Positions 13,190 to 25,159 of a stretch of 64,000 bases of DNA are shown here, piece after piece. A program made the translations under genes and the position numbers. The notes under the pieces are model-generated. The model searched no databases, was not told where the DNA came from, and saw only the letters and a program-made list of their open reading frames with translations. The first letter of the stretch is position 1; the number at the start of each line of letters is the position of its first letter. Source of the stretch: Octopus sinensis (lineage: Eukaryota); contig NC_043024.1 in assembly GCF_006345805.1 (NCBI RefSeq), positions 12,090,001 through 12,154,000 of the forward strand. The letters run 5' to 3'.

Positions 13190-13658
13190 AGGAGGGAAAC
13201 GACGAGGAATAGAAGGAGAGAGAAGCAGAAATAAAAGGAGAGGAAGAGAGAAAAGGAACAAGATGGAAAAGGATAAAACGGTAAAAAGAGAAAGAAAAAA
13301 GTGAAGAATTCGGAGACAAGGAAGAGGAAGAGACGAGGCGGAATAGGAGAAAAGAAGAAGAAGAAGAAGAAGAAAGATAGGAGAAGAAAGATAGAAGAAG
13401 AAAAAGAAGAAGAAGAAGAAGAAAAAGAAGAAAGAGAGGAGGAGGAGGAGGCGGAGGAGGAGGAGAAGAAGAAGAAGAAGAAGAAGAAGAAGAAGAGAGG
13501 AGGAGGAGGAGGATAAAAAGATTCAGAGGATAAGAAGAAAAAGAAGACAGAGAGAGGGAGGGAGGAGGAGAAGGAGGAGGAGGAGGAGGAGAAGAAGAAG
13601 AAGAGAAGAAGAAGAGAAGAAGAAGAAGAAGAAGAAGAAGAAGAAGAAGAAGAAGAAA
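13190..13658. repeat. Polypurine (GAA/GAG)n tract
   Basis: Directly visible. Confidence 0.9.
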
Positions 13659-13818
13659 TGAATCTGAAAATTAACTGAAAATTCCTTCGATCCACATAAT
13701 TCTGTTCGATCAAATTTGAATTGAGTGTTAAACAACAGCAACAACAACATCAATAATACCATCAACAAAACCAATAACAGCAACAGCAATCATTGTAAAA
13801 AAAACATACAAATCTCAC

Positions 13819-14184
13819 CTCTGTACAATCACGTGACATGTCGGCTGCAGCCATTTTCCCTGCTTGAGATGTCAAAATTCGTTTCAATTCGTTTTTTATC
13901 TGCACCTCGTCCTGAAGATCCAACGACGAAGATTTAGATTTTGAAGAAATTTCCACCGTCCCATTAACCTCTTGCTGTTGTTGCAGACACTGTTGGTGTT
14001 GGTGTTTGTGATGCTCTCCCTTTCCCCCTCTTCCATTTTCTCCTCCCTCTATTAATATGCCGTCGTCTGCCTTTCGATATCCGCCATCTTCTTCATCCGT
14101 ATCGTATGTAGTTTCTTCACCTCCTTGTTTTCCTTCGTCGTATTCCATTGTTTGTTCTTTTGTGATGGAATCACAACACTCTCC
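13819..14184 (-). CDS. KIAA2012: KIAA2012-like exon (GECCDSITKEQTMEYDEG...MSRDCTE), phase 0-0
   Basis: Acceptor atattttcag|GGA, donor GAG|gtgaga, 366 nt open. Confidence 0.85.
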
Positions 14185-14408
14185 CTGAAAATATTCAATG
14201 AAAATAGTTCGTCATTTTATGCGTATAAAAAAAATACAACAAAATACTTGCGCACAAGACGGCTGAGTATTTTTTCCTTCATACACACGCAAACATACAT
14301 ATATACATACACATACACGTGCATACAAAGTGCATACAAACATACAAAGCACATACACGTATATACATACGTACATGCGTACAAACATATATACAAACAT
14401 GCGCACAC

Positions 14409-15135
14409 GGGTTCAGTCCCACTGCGTGGCACCTTGGGCAAGTGTCTTCTGCTATATATATATATATATGTATGTATGTGTGTGTTTGTGTGTCTGTGTT
14501 TGTCCCCCTAGCATTGCTTGACAACCGATGCTGGTGTGTTTACGTCCCCGTCACTTAGCGGTTCGGCAAAAGAGACCGATAGAATAAGTACTGGGCTTAC
14601 AAAGAATAAGTCCCGGGGTCGATTTACTCGACTAAAGGTGGTGCTCCAGCATGGCCGCAGTCAAATGACTGAAACAAGTAAAAGAGAAAAAGAGTATACG
14701 TACATACATACATATATATGCATACAAACATACAAACATACATACATACATGCATACATATACACTGAGTACATGCATACATATACTCTTTACTCTTTAC
14801 TCTTTTACTTGTTTCAGTCATTTGACTGCGGCGTTGCTGGAGTACCGCCTTTAGTCGAGCAAATCAACCCCAAGACTTATTCTTTGTAAGCCTATATATA
14901 TATATATGCATATTTGTGTGTTTGTGTGTGTGTGTTTGTCTCCCCATCATCGCTTGACAAGTGATGTCGGTGTGTTTATGTCCCCGTAACTTAGCGGCTC
15001 GGCAAAACACGCACGATAAAATAAGTACGAAGCATACAAAGAAAAAAGTCCACGAGTCGATTTCTTTCGACTAAAAGGCGATGCTCCAGCATGGCCGCAG
15101 TCAAAATGATTGAAACTAGTAAAAGAATAAAAGAA
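14409..15135. mobile_element. Cluster of SINE family A copies in both orientations
   Basis: Family A core and tail motifs at 14409-14693 (+), 14785-14895 (-) and ~14930-15135 (+). Confidence 0.8.
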
Positions 15136-15576
15136 CAAAACGACCGTGTTGTTGATGTTGAAATGGCAATGAAGGATCTTTGGATCTAGGTTAGAAACTG
15201 GCTCTTTGCCTATTGGCAAGAAATTTTTTCTGCTCTAGGCACAAGGGCCGAAATTTGGGTAGAGGGGGCCAGTCGATTAGATCGATTCCAGTACGCAACT
15301 GGTACTTAATTTATCGACCCCGAAAATTATATATATATATAAAATTAGAAAAAACCCACCTTTTATCAATTCAAAATGAACAATTAAATTACACCATCTA
15401 GAAAATTACATATATTTGATGGTGTAATTAATTGTTCATTTTGAATTGATAAAAGGTGGGTTTTTTTCTAATTTTATATATATATATATATATTATATTG
15501 TGTGAAATTTGATTTAGTATTTCTAAATTGAATTTTTTTCCTTGTAAATTTGAATTTTATTCCCTCAAATAATAAT

Positions 15577-15608
<32 letters not shown>

Positions 15609-15707
15609 ATATGCACATGTGTACGTGTGTATGTGATGTGTGTATGTTTATTATACCTGCACAAACTGTTTACTAATTTGATAAAAAGAATAAACTATTC
15701 TACTTAC

Positions 15708-15997
15708 CACTTCCTCGTTTTGCTTAAAATCAAGTTCCGTAGATCCAATTCCATCAACGTCAGATTCAATTAAGGTTTCAATTTCGTTATCTGAGATTCT
15801 GCTAAGCAAACTTTTTTCTTTTCCTACGTTTATTGACGATTGCAAATGACTTGTAACCATCTCCACCATGTTAACGCTGGATTCTCTACGTGATTCATCA
15901 TGGCGACTGAATTGTGTTTCAGCAGACGATATATTTCTAATTCGCTTGTTCTTTGATTTCTTCTTCGATTTGTGGTGTTTCTTCGATTTTGCTTTGT
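15708..15997 (-). CDS. KIAA2012: KIAA2012-like exon (HKAKSKKHHKSKKK...DFKQNEEV), phase 1-0
   Basis: Acceptor ccattttcag|AC, donor GTG|gtaagt, 290 nt open. Confidence 0.8.
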
Positions 15998-16139
15998 CTG
16001 AAAATGGATGGGATTTTTTCGTAATTCTTCTGGCCGTCTGAATGCTTTCAAATTTTCTAAGCTGAAGTAGTCTTGTGAAGCTAATGAAGAAAATCGCATT
16101 CATTTTCTCTTGAAATTAATCATTCTTACTGACAAGCAA

Positions 16140-16630
16140 TCAAGAGAGATTCACGAAACAGCTAAGACTCTACTCCCTGGAGAGAAGACGGGAGAGGTAT
16201 GCAGTAATATACATCTGAAAGATCCTGGAAGGAATTATGCCAAATTTTGGCATTGAAAGCTACACCAATGCTAGCACGGGACGACACTGCATAGTGACAA
16301 AGATCCCAGCAATGCCATCACGCTTCAGGACTAGCTACTGCAACAGCCTGGGTTTCAGGGGCCCACAGCTTTTTAATATTCTCCCAAAGAGTCTGAGGAA
16401 CTTGCACAAAGTAGATGTAGGGGTTTTAAAATCAAAACTGGGCCTCTTCCTATCGAGAGTCCCAGATGAACCTACCTCACGGCAAGAGGTGCAAATGAGA
16501 GTAGCTATATCAAACTCCATGCTTCACCAAGTGCCACATATTAGAGGAGGTTCATAGTAATAACAGTGTAGCAAAACGGCAGAGCCCCAGCATGGCCACA
16601 GCTCTGAGCTGAAACTAGAGAAAAAATAGG
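16140..16630 (+). mobile_element. CR1/L2-like LINE 3' fragment with 3' UTR tail
   Basis: LRLYSLERRRERYAVIYI...NSLGFRGPQLFNILPKSLRNL...KSKLGLFLSRVPDEP is a typical post-RT C-terminus. Confidence 0.8.
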
Positions 16631-16828
16631 CGGACGCTCTAAAACTTTGGGATGAGGGGTAAGTCGATTACATTGACTCCAGTACTCAACTGGTACTTTA
16701 TTTTATCGACTACGAAAGGATGAAAGTTAAAGCCGACTTCCTGCAGAATTCAGAGCGTAAAGAATCGCTGCTGCCAAATATTTTTCTGGCGTGCTAACGA
16801 GTCCGCCGGTTCGCAACCTTTCTAGAAA

Positions 16829-17603
16829 TCTCTCTATATATAAAGCTGAAGTTGTCTGTGTATGGCAGGTTTGGTAGCCTTCAACTAACATGATCTCCTC
16901 AGAGACCCTGCGGCGCAAGTTGACCAAAATTGAGAGTATGATAGAAGAAGGCTTGCTCTTCATTCCGTAGAAGATAAAATTCAAATCGGACCATGTTAAC
17001 ACCGAGAATTATTTACATCAAAAATTTGCTTTTTTTCTATAAAAATCCCTATTTTTTAAGATTTTTTGACTGGTGTGTCGCCATTTTTCGGTGTATTTCA
17101 ACCAGAAAAATGTTCGCTTAAAGAGAATAACAAGCTACATAATGCAAAATGTTTACTTTTCAAAAATTCCAATTCTAAAGAGTCGAAACAAACCCGAGCA
17201 ACGCCGGGCGATACTGCTAGTCTATATATATAAAGCTGAAGTTGTTTGTGTGTGGCAGGTTTGGTAGCCTTCAACTAACACTATCTCCTCTGAAACCCTG
17301 TGGCGCAAGTTGACCAAATTTGAGAGTATGATAAAAGAAGGCTTGCTCTTCATTCCGTAGAAGAAAAAATTCAAATTTGACCATGTAACACCAAAAATTA
17401 TTTACATAAAAAAGGTGCTTTTTTTCTAAGAAAATCCCTATTTTTTACGATTTTTTAACTGCTGTGTCGCCATTTTTCGGTGTATTTCAACCAGAAAAAT
17501 GTTCACTTAAAGGGAATAACAAGCTACATAATGCAAAATTTTTACTTTTCAAAAATTCCAATTCTAAAGGGTCGAAAAGAAAACAAACCCGAGCAACTGC
17601 TAG
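16829..17603 (+). mobile_element. Two head-to-tail non-autonomous Helitrons, family 2
   Basis: TC starts at 16829 and 17221, CTAG ends at 17220 and 17603; units highly similar. Confidence 0.8.
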
Positions 17604-17731
17604 TTAATAATAAAGTTACAAGCCTTTAAAGTTATAACATTTTAGACAATCCGAAACAACGTTAAGCTTCTCAACTCACAAGACGGGGCCCAATTTTATT
17701 AAGAGAAAAGCACTTGGGAAACCAAACTTAC

Positions 17732-17860
17732 GTTTAGAACTAATTGATGGCTTTCTTCGTTTCTCTGTCTTTCTATTTGACCTTTTCTGGTTCTGGTTCT
17801 GGTTGATGTCGGTGTTGCTGTACAACTGCTTCAGCTCGCCAGAATAATCTACTCGACCTG
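17732..17860 (-). CDS. KIAA2012: KIAA2012-like exon (AGRVDYSGELKQLYSN...KPSISSK), symmetric phase 1-1, NAGNAG acceptor
   Basis: Acceptor gttgcag|cag|GT, donor AAAC|gtaagt, 129 or 126 nt. Confidence 0.75.
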
Positions 17861-18417
17861 CTGCAACGATGATGATGGCGATAATTGTTGGTGGTGGTTC
17901 GTATTGGTGGCACAAGAGAGAGAGAGAAACAGAGAAAGAGAGAAGTATAGCTGTTTTATGAAACAGTACTGGTTATGGATGATCTGTGGTGGTGGTCGTG
18001 GTAATGGGGAAGCGGTAGTCGTGGAGAAAATAGTACTGCTAGTTCTTAAAGATAGTCACCCTCAACCCGCTCTGCTACACACGAACACTCGTCACTCCAA
18101 CATACTCCACCTGAACACTCAACACTGCAGCCCATATATATATATATATATATAAAATGAGATAGGGGTTGTAAATTCAACCCTCCATGGGGTAACATAT
18201 ATCCAATATACTGCTAGAGAAGTACCCGTATATGTATTTTTATATCTTGTTATATCTCATTATATTGATTGTAATTATTGTACTGTATTAATGTCTAATC
18301 TTAATGCTCTTGTGTAGTGTTTTAATAAAGTATATGATTCGGTATTATCTGATAGATATGAATGATTTAGATATATTTCTCCATTTTCTTATTTTGTATA
18401 TTATATATATATATATC

Positions 18418-18453
<36 letters not shown>

Positions 18454-18553
18454 ATATATATATATATATATATTTATATAATATACCCTACATACATACA
18501 TCTATATACATACATATATATATACTTATATATATATATTAATATATATATAT

Positions 18554-18587
<34 letters not shown>

Positions 18588-18592
18588 ATAGC

Positions 18593-18760
18593 ACAGGAGT
18601 GGCTGTGTGGTAAGTAGCTTGCTTACCAACCACATGTTTCCGGGTTCAGTCCCACTGCGTGGCACCTTGGGCAAGTGTCTTCTACTATAGCCTCGGGCCG
18701 ACCAAAGCCTTGTGAGTGAATTCGGTAGACGGAAACTAAAAGAAGCCTGTCGTATATGTG

Positions 18761-18793
<33 letters not shown>

Positions 18794-18985
18794 ACCTATG
18801 TTTGTTCCCCACCGCCGCATGACAACCGGTGTTGGTGTGTTTACATCGCCGTGACTTATAGCATCGGCAAAGAGGCCGATAGAATAAGGACTGGGGTCAA
18901 TTGGTTAGGCCAAAAATTCTTCAAGGCGGTGCCCCAGCATGGCCGCAGTATAATGACTGAAAAACGCAAAGGAAAAGGCTAAAAG
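18593..18985 (+). mobile_element. SINE family A
   Basis: Full head, core and tail. Confidence 0.85.
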
Positions 18986-19156
18986 GATACAACATGCAGA
19001 GATACGAGACCCCGAAGCTGGTATGCTTATGTTTATTGCAAAATTTTAGACAACCGGAAACCGCGTTGAGATTTTCACCTCACAGGATGGGGCCTGCTTC
19101 CACTGAGGGGAAAAGCCCTTGGGAACCCAAACATACTTACGTTTAGAACTGATTGA

Positions 19157-19337
19157 GGAGTGGCTGTGTGGTAAGTAGCTTGTTTACCAACCACACGGTT
19201 CCGGGTTCAGTCCCACTGGGTGGCAACTTGGGAAAGTGTCTTCTACTATAGCCTCGGCCCGACCAAAGCCTTGTGAGTGGTTTGGTAGACGGAAACTGAA
19301 AGAAGCCCGTCGTATACATGTATATATATATATAATA

Positions 19338-19368
<31 letters not shown>

Positions 19369-19477
19369 ATTAAATGTCTTGCTTTGAAAAATTGCATTGG
19401 GTATGTTTAGTAAAATTTTTGGTAGAAATGACTGATGTCCCTCTTAGCGTGAGGCATGTATGTATAATAATGCCCTC

Positions 19478-19514
<37 letters not shown>

Positions 19515-19515
19515 C

Positions 19516-19593
<78 letters not shown>

Positions 19594-19858
19594 GTGTGTA
19601 TGGTGGTGTGTCTGTGTGTGTGTATGTGTGTGTATGGTTGTGTGTCTGTGTTTTTCCCCCTAGCATTGCTTGACAACCGATGCTGGTGTGTTTATGTCTC
19701 CATTACTTAGCGGTTCGGCAAACAGAGACCGATAGAATAAGTACTGGACTTACAAAAGAATAAGTCCCGGGGTCGAGTTGCTCGATTAAAGGTGGTGCTC
19801 CAGCATGGCCACAGTCAAATGACTGAAACAAGTAAAAGAGTAAAGAGAGTAAAGAGTA
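19157..19858 (+). mobile_element. SINE family A inserted into a duplicated exon
   Basis: Full SINE with expanded interior; flanks rejoin to a homolog of exon 17732-17860. Confidence 0.85.
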
Positions 19859-20039
19859 TGACTTTTTTCGTTTCTCTGTCATTCTCTTTGGTCTTTTCCG
19901 GTTCCGGTTCTGGTTGGTGTTGTTGTTGTTGTTGTTGTAACGGATAACACGTGACAGACTTCAACATGGATGAAACATTTAAACTTAACCGTTCTAAACC
20001 CAGCCAAACAATTTCTTTTTCTTTTCTTTCTTTTTTTTA

Positions 20040-20226
20040 CTCTTTTACTTGTTTCAGTCATTTGACTGCGGCCATGCCGGAGCACCGCCTTTTAGTCGAG
20101 CAAATCGACCCTAGGACTTATTCTTTGTAAGCCCAGTACTTATTCTATCAGTCTCTTTTGTCGAACCGCTAAGTAACGGTGACGTAAACATACCAGCATC
20201 GGTTGTCAAGCGATGGTGGTGGGACA

Positions 20227-20258
<32 letters not shown>

Positions 20259-20455
20259 ATATATATATATATTTATATATATACATATATACGACGGGCT
20301 TCTTTCAGTTTCCGTCTACCAAATCCACTCACAAGGTTTTGGTCGGCCTGAGACTATAGTAGAAGACATTTTCCCAAGGTGCCACACAGTGGGACTGAAC
20401 CCGGGACCGTGTGGTTGGTAATAAGGCTACTTACCACACAGCCGCTCCTGCGCCT
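20040..20455 (-). mobile_element. SINE family A
   Basis: Reverse-complement full copy. Confidence 0.85.
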
Positions 20456-20475
20456 ATCAATAAATATTTACTTAC

Positions 20476-20728
20476 CAATTTTAAATCCAGCTTTCTCTTC
20501 TGTCTTTGCTTTCTTATTTTTCCTTCCTGGCTTCGACACGACCTTGCGACGGGACATCTTCGAGGGTTTTCCATCGGTTCTTTTAACAAACGGAGATAAC
20601 TTATTTTTTATGGGTTGTTGTGTCTGACGCATCTTGACAATGGACGCCCATCGTGTTTTGCGTTGGTTCTTTACCGTAGATTCTTGTATCGTAGAACCAG
20701 ATTCCTCCGATATTGCCACTTCCGTAAT
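20476..20728 (-). CDS. KIAA2012: KIAA2012-like basic exon (ITEVAISEESGS...KAGFKI), phase 0-1
   Basis: Acceptor atacctcacag|ATT, donor ATTG|gtaagt, 253 nt open. Confidence 0.85.
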
Positions 20729-21164
20729 CTGTGAGGTATATTACATTTTATATATATATATCATATCACTTAGATCATTAGCGCTTTCTCCCATTCTAGT
20801 GGGGGTTTCAAATCAAACTAAGTTCCTGTGTGAGGAATTTTGATCATTTTATAGAGTTTCGTAGTGGTGGGGAGGAATGTAAGACAGTACAAAAGGGTGA
20901 TGGATGAGGAGAAAGTGAGAGAGAGAACATGTGTGTATGTGTGTGTGTGTGTGTGTGTGTTTGTATCTGGGATGAGTGCTAAAGAGAAAGAGGGGAAGGG
21001 AGAGGGAAGAAGAAGAAAATAATTTTTTGGGTCTGCCGGACAGAATATTGACTCCAAGGGGGTTCTAAGGCCTTAGGAAAAAAAAGAATTTCAGGATCCT
21101 ACGTTGCAGAAATATCAATGGACAATGATTTCAGGGACACAGACAGGACCGCCCTACTACTCAG

Positions 21165-21590
21165 AACGTAACGGCAGACGAAATACCTATTTCTTTACTA
21201 CCCACAAGGGGCTAAACACAGAGGGGACAAACAAGGACAGACAAACGGATTAAGTCGATTATATCGACCCCAGTGCGTAACTGATACTTATTTAATCGAC
21301 CCTGAAAGGATGAAAGGCAAAGTCGACCTCGGCGGAATTTGAACTCAGAACGTAACGGCAGACGAAATACATATTTCTTTACTACCCACAAGGGGCTAAA
21401 CACAGAGGGGACAAACAAGGACAGACAAACGGATTAAGTCGATTATATCGACTCCAGTGCGTAACTGGTACTTATTTAATCGACTCTGAAAGGATGAAAG
21501 GCAAAGTCGACCTGACCGGAATTTGAACTCAGAACGTAACGGCAAACGAAATACGGCTACGCATTTCGTCCGGCGTGCTAATGATTCTGC
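21165..21590 (-). mobile_element. SINE family B, tandem pair
   Basis: Motif gaggtcgactttgcctttcatcctttcggggtcgataaattaagtaccag (reminiscent of Nin/Deu-type central domains); ~10 copies in the window. Confidence 0.8.
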
Positions 21591-21662
21591 CACTGAGCCC
21601 ACAGTCTCAGAACTTAAATCTGTCCAAAGAATTAAACACGAACCCAAATGACAACACCTTAC

Positions 21663-22445
21663 CTGATTGGGATAGTCGCCAGTAGCAGTTTGAACCCCTA
21701 TCGTCTCTGCTGCTCCCGTTGGCACTGGCTCAGTTTGAACTTGCGTCGGCTGGTCAGTGGTCTCACCAGGATCTTCTTGGACAGTGCCATTTATCGGGTT
21801 GAATACCAATGGAATATCTTTTGAAATTTCTCTGAGAAACGCAACGTTTTCCGAAACGTCTCTCTCTTCCTCTGCGCTAGCATCATCACCAACATCACCA
21901 CCAGCAACATCATCACCACCATCACCATCACCATCATTATCAGCATCAGCATCATCAACAACATTAACAACAGTTGTAGCATCGTTACATATTTCTTTTT
22001 CTTTTTCCTTTTCTTCTTCCATTTCTTTTTCTTTTTCTTCTGCTCTATCTCCTCCACCTCCTCTCCTCCTCCTCCTCCCTCTGTTTCTTCCTTTCCTCTT
22101 TTTCCTTTCCTCTCACCTTCTTCCATCACCTCAACCTCCACCCCCACTTCTCCGTATCCATCTCCACTTGGATATTTCGTTCCTTCATCATTTATTTCCT
22201 TCTCATTGTCCACCTCCAGGCCGCCACCACCGCCACCCCACCGCCACCACCACCACCACCACCATCATCATAAACAGCAGCAGTGGCAGAAACGGCAGCG
22301 GTGGCATCGTCTTGGTGGAGATGCCCGTGCTGGTGTTGATGTTGTTGTTGCTGGTGTTGGAGGTGGTGGTGATGATGGTGTTCTTGTTTCTGGTGGTGTG
22401 TGGTGTCGGGTATTTCTTGGGAGGAACGAGTACAAGCAGGCATAT
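21663..22445 (-). CDS. KIAA2012: KIAA2012-like acidic low-complexity exon (DMPACTRSSQEIP...GDYPNQ) with two apparent 1-nt frameshifts
   Basis: Acceptor tctgtttcag|AT, donor CAG|gtaagg; three consecutive frames each give a plausible segment; 783 nt needs +2 nt to fit phase 1-0. Confidence 0.7.
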
Positions 22446-22674
22446 CTGAAACAGACAGAGAGGTACTTATATATACTGAGGTACTTATATATACACACAC
22501 ACGTCAAATGTGTAAAAACTTACGATCGTTTCCTTCTCACAAGGGTACCAATCCAAGGTACTTTCCCTTTCACTACCCTCAATGAATGTGCACCCCCAGA
22601 GCTAATCTTGTCTCCACTAAATTCTTCGATCTTTCTTCCACTACAAAAATGTATTTTTCGCAATAATTTCTATA

Positions 22675-22950
22675 TACGAGGGTGTGTGTATGTATATAAA
22701 TATATAGATACAATTGCAGCGTGGTGGAAGGTGTTTATAAGCCATTAAAAAAACACACAAAAACCTTTAGATTCACTTCAACATTTAAATTTAATTTGTC
22801 AAAATATTTTCGTCTCTTTGAGACCGCGACGAAAATATTTTGACAAATTAAATTTAAATGTTGAAGTGAATCTAACGGTTTTTGTGTGTTTCTTAAATGG
22901 CTTATAAACCTTCCACGCTGCAATTGTTTTCGTTCGCAGCACACGATCTC
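22675..22950. mobile_element. Foldback/palindromic MITE, probably Tc1/mariner-derived
   Basis: ~100-bp inverted arms 22710-22816 and 22829-22927; TA|CGAGGG mariner-like start. Confidence 0.6.
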
Positions 22951-23172
22951 CAAAATAAATATATATTATATATATATATAATATACATCTCCAATATTAT
23001 ATATATATAGATAATACAAAATGGGACAAGAACGCAAAGCATCCAAACAACTAGGTGATACAAAAAGGGACAACAAAACATCCAGATAGAAGATACAAAG
23101 AAAACAAGGACGGGTCATTCGAAGCCTTCTTATCCTCAGTCAAGAACCGGATCATCCTCGCAATTTCGGCTG

Positions 23173-23204
<32 letters not shown>

Positions 23205-23361
23205 GCTTATTTTCATCTCTCCGTGTTTATTTTCTCTTATTCCTTTCTGTTGAAGAGCGTAGGCTCGAAACGTGGAAGACTTTTTCATTTTCCCGAGCGT
23301 CAAAGCAAGACGCTTGTTGTTCATAAACCTGCCTTTTTCTATAAATTTCAACTATATATAT

Positions 23362-23580
23362 ATACTGGGGGGTGTTGAAAATTTCTTGGTTTTAAGAGTT
23401 TCGTGAAGGTCCTGGTTGGAGGTCCAAACTTATGAGTTCTTTTACAGGTCTTATAAAAACTGTAGGGCCGCTGCAATAAGTGTGTAAATCTGAAAGGGGA
23501 ATATGTCGATAAAAATCATAATTAATTGATCCTCCTGTATTTTGTTTTACCCAAAGCCAGAAGCTTTTGAGCATCCCTTG
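23362..23580. mobile_element. Degenerate mariner-like MITE
   Basis: Imperfect TIRs (ggggtgttgaaaatttcttgg / ccagaagcttttgagcatccc) and a transposase C-terminal remnant CVNLKGEYV. Confidence 0.5.
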
Positions 23581-23944
23581 TCCTCCACCACTGCTTAAAA
23601 ACCGGTGTTGGTGTGTTTACGTGCCCGTGACATTAGCGGTTCGGCATAAGAGACCGGCAGGATAAGTACTAAGCTTAAAAATAAAAATAAACACTGGTTT
23701 CGATTCATTCAACTAAAAATTCGTCATGGTGATGCTCCAGCATGGCAAAAGTCAAATGACTGAAACAAGTAAAAGATAAAAAGAAAAATGATTAAAAAAA
23801 GAACTACGGAAAAGAAATGAGAAAAAACATAAAAAGCAATGAGGAGGGGGTATGACTAACAAGGTGATAAGAGTAGCCTCCCTTGGTGATATATCCTGTA
23901 ACTATAGGTTGTCTCCCTTGAAAACGTCATTTTTTTTTTATATA

Positions 23945-24194
23945 TCTATATATAAAGCTGAAGTTGTTTGAGTATGGCAGGTTTGGTAGCCTTCAACTAA
24001 CACTATCTCCTCCGAGACCCTGTGGCGCAAGTTGACCAAAATTGAGAGTATGATAGAAGAAGGCTTGCTCTTCCTTCCGTAGAAGATAAAATTCAAATCG
24101 GACCATGTTAACGCCAAAAATTATTTACATCAAAAAGGTGCTTTTTTCTATGAAAATCTCTATTTTTTACGATTTTTTGACTGCTGTGTCGCCA
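23945..24194 (+). mobile_element. 3'-truncated Helitron, family 2
   Basis: Matches the 5' ~250 bp of 16829-17220. Confidence 0.7.
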
Positions 24195-24235
24195 TGATAT
24201 ATATATATGCATGTTTATGCGTGTGTGTTGAGTGA

Positions 24236-24293
<58 letters not shown>

Positions 24294-24556
24294 GTGTGTG
24301 TGCGTGCGATTGTGTGTATTTTTTTTACTTCGTCTCTCCATCATGACTTGACAATCGGCGTTGGTTTGTTAACGCCCTTGTAACTTAGCGGTTCGACAAA
24401 AGACACCCGATACGGTGAGTACCAGACTTATAAAAATATTTTGAAAAAAACAATTGGTGGTGCCGATTTATTCGTAGTGTTGCCCCAGCATGGCCGCAGT
24501 CCATTGACTGAAACAATTAAAAGATTTTAAAAGAGTGTAAATATAAGATATCTCAC

Positions 24557-24653
24557 CATGACTGTCCTTGTTTTCTGTTTGGTTTTCTATATATTCGTCA
24601 GTCAGCCAATCACAATTCAGAGACAAGGCACGTGATACTTCTCGACTAACCAC
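24557..24653 (-). CDS. KIAA2012: KIAA2012-like exon (VVSREVSRALSLNCDWLTDEYIENQTENKDSH), phase 0-1
   Basis: Acceptor tttttaaatag|GTG, donor CATG|gtgaga, 97 nt; phases bridge its neighbours exactly. Confidence 0.85.
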
Positions 24654-24696
24654 CTATTTAAAAACATCCGAAATTACACACAGATTTTATACATAT

Positions 24697-24847
<151 letters not shown>

Positions 24848-25159
24848 CTATTATGTATGTATGTATGTATATGTAATTATTTAAAAACTTGGTATACAAC
24901 CAAGGAACTGCATTTCATTCCAAATGATTCCAAACCACGATAGCCCCAGCACGCAACCCCTATATGCAAATAACGAAATGTATAATAATCGACCCGAGCG
25001 AAACCGAGTTTGATTAGCGAGGTGCCATTTGAAAAGTCACTTGATTAGACACATCTATACCGAAAGATGTGCCACAATGGGTTGTTCAGCATCTTACCTG
25101 CGAGTAAATATGGTGTTGAAAAACTCTAGGCCTGACAGGAATTCTACTATTGGACTAAA

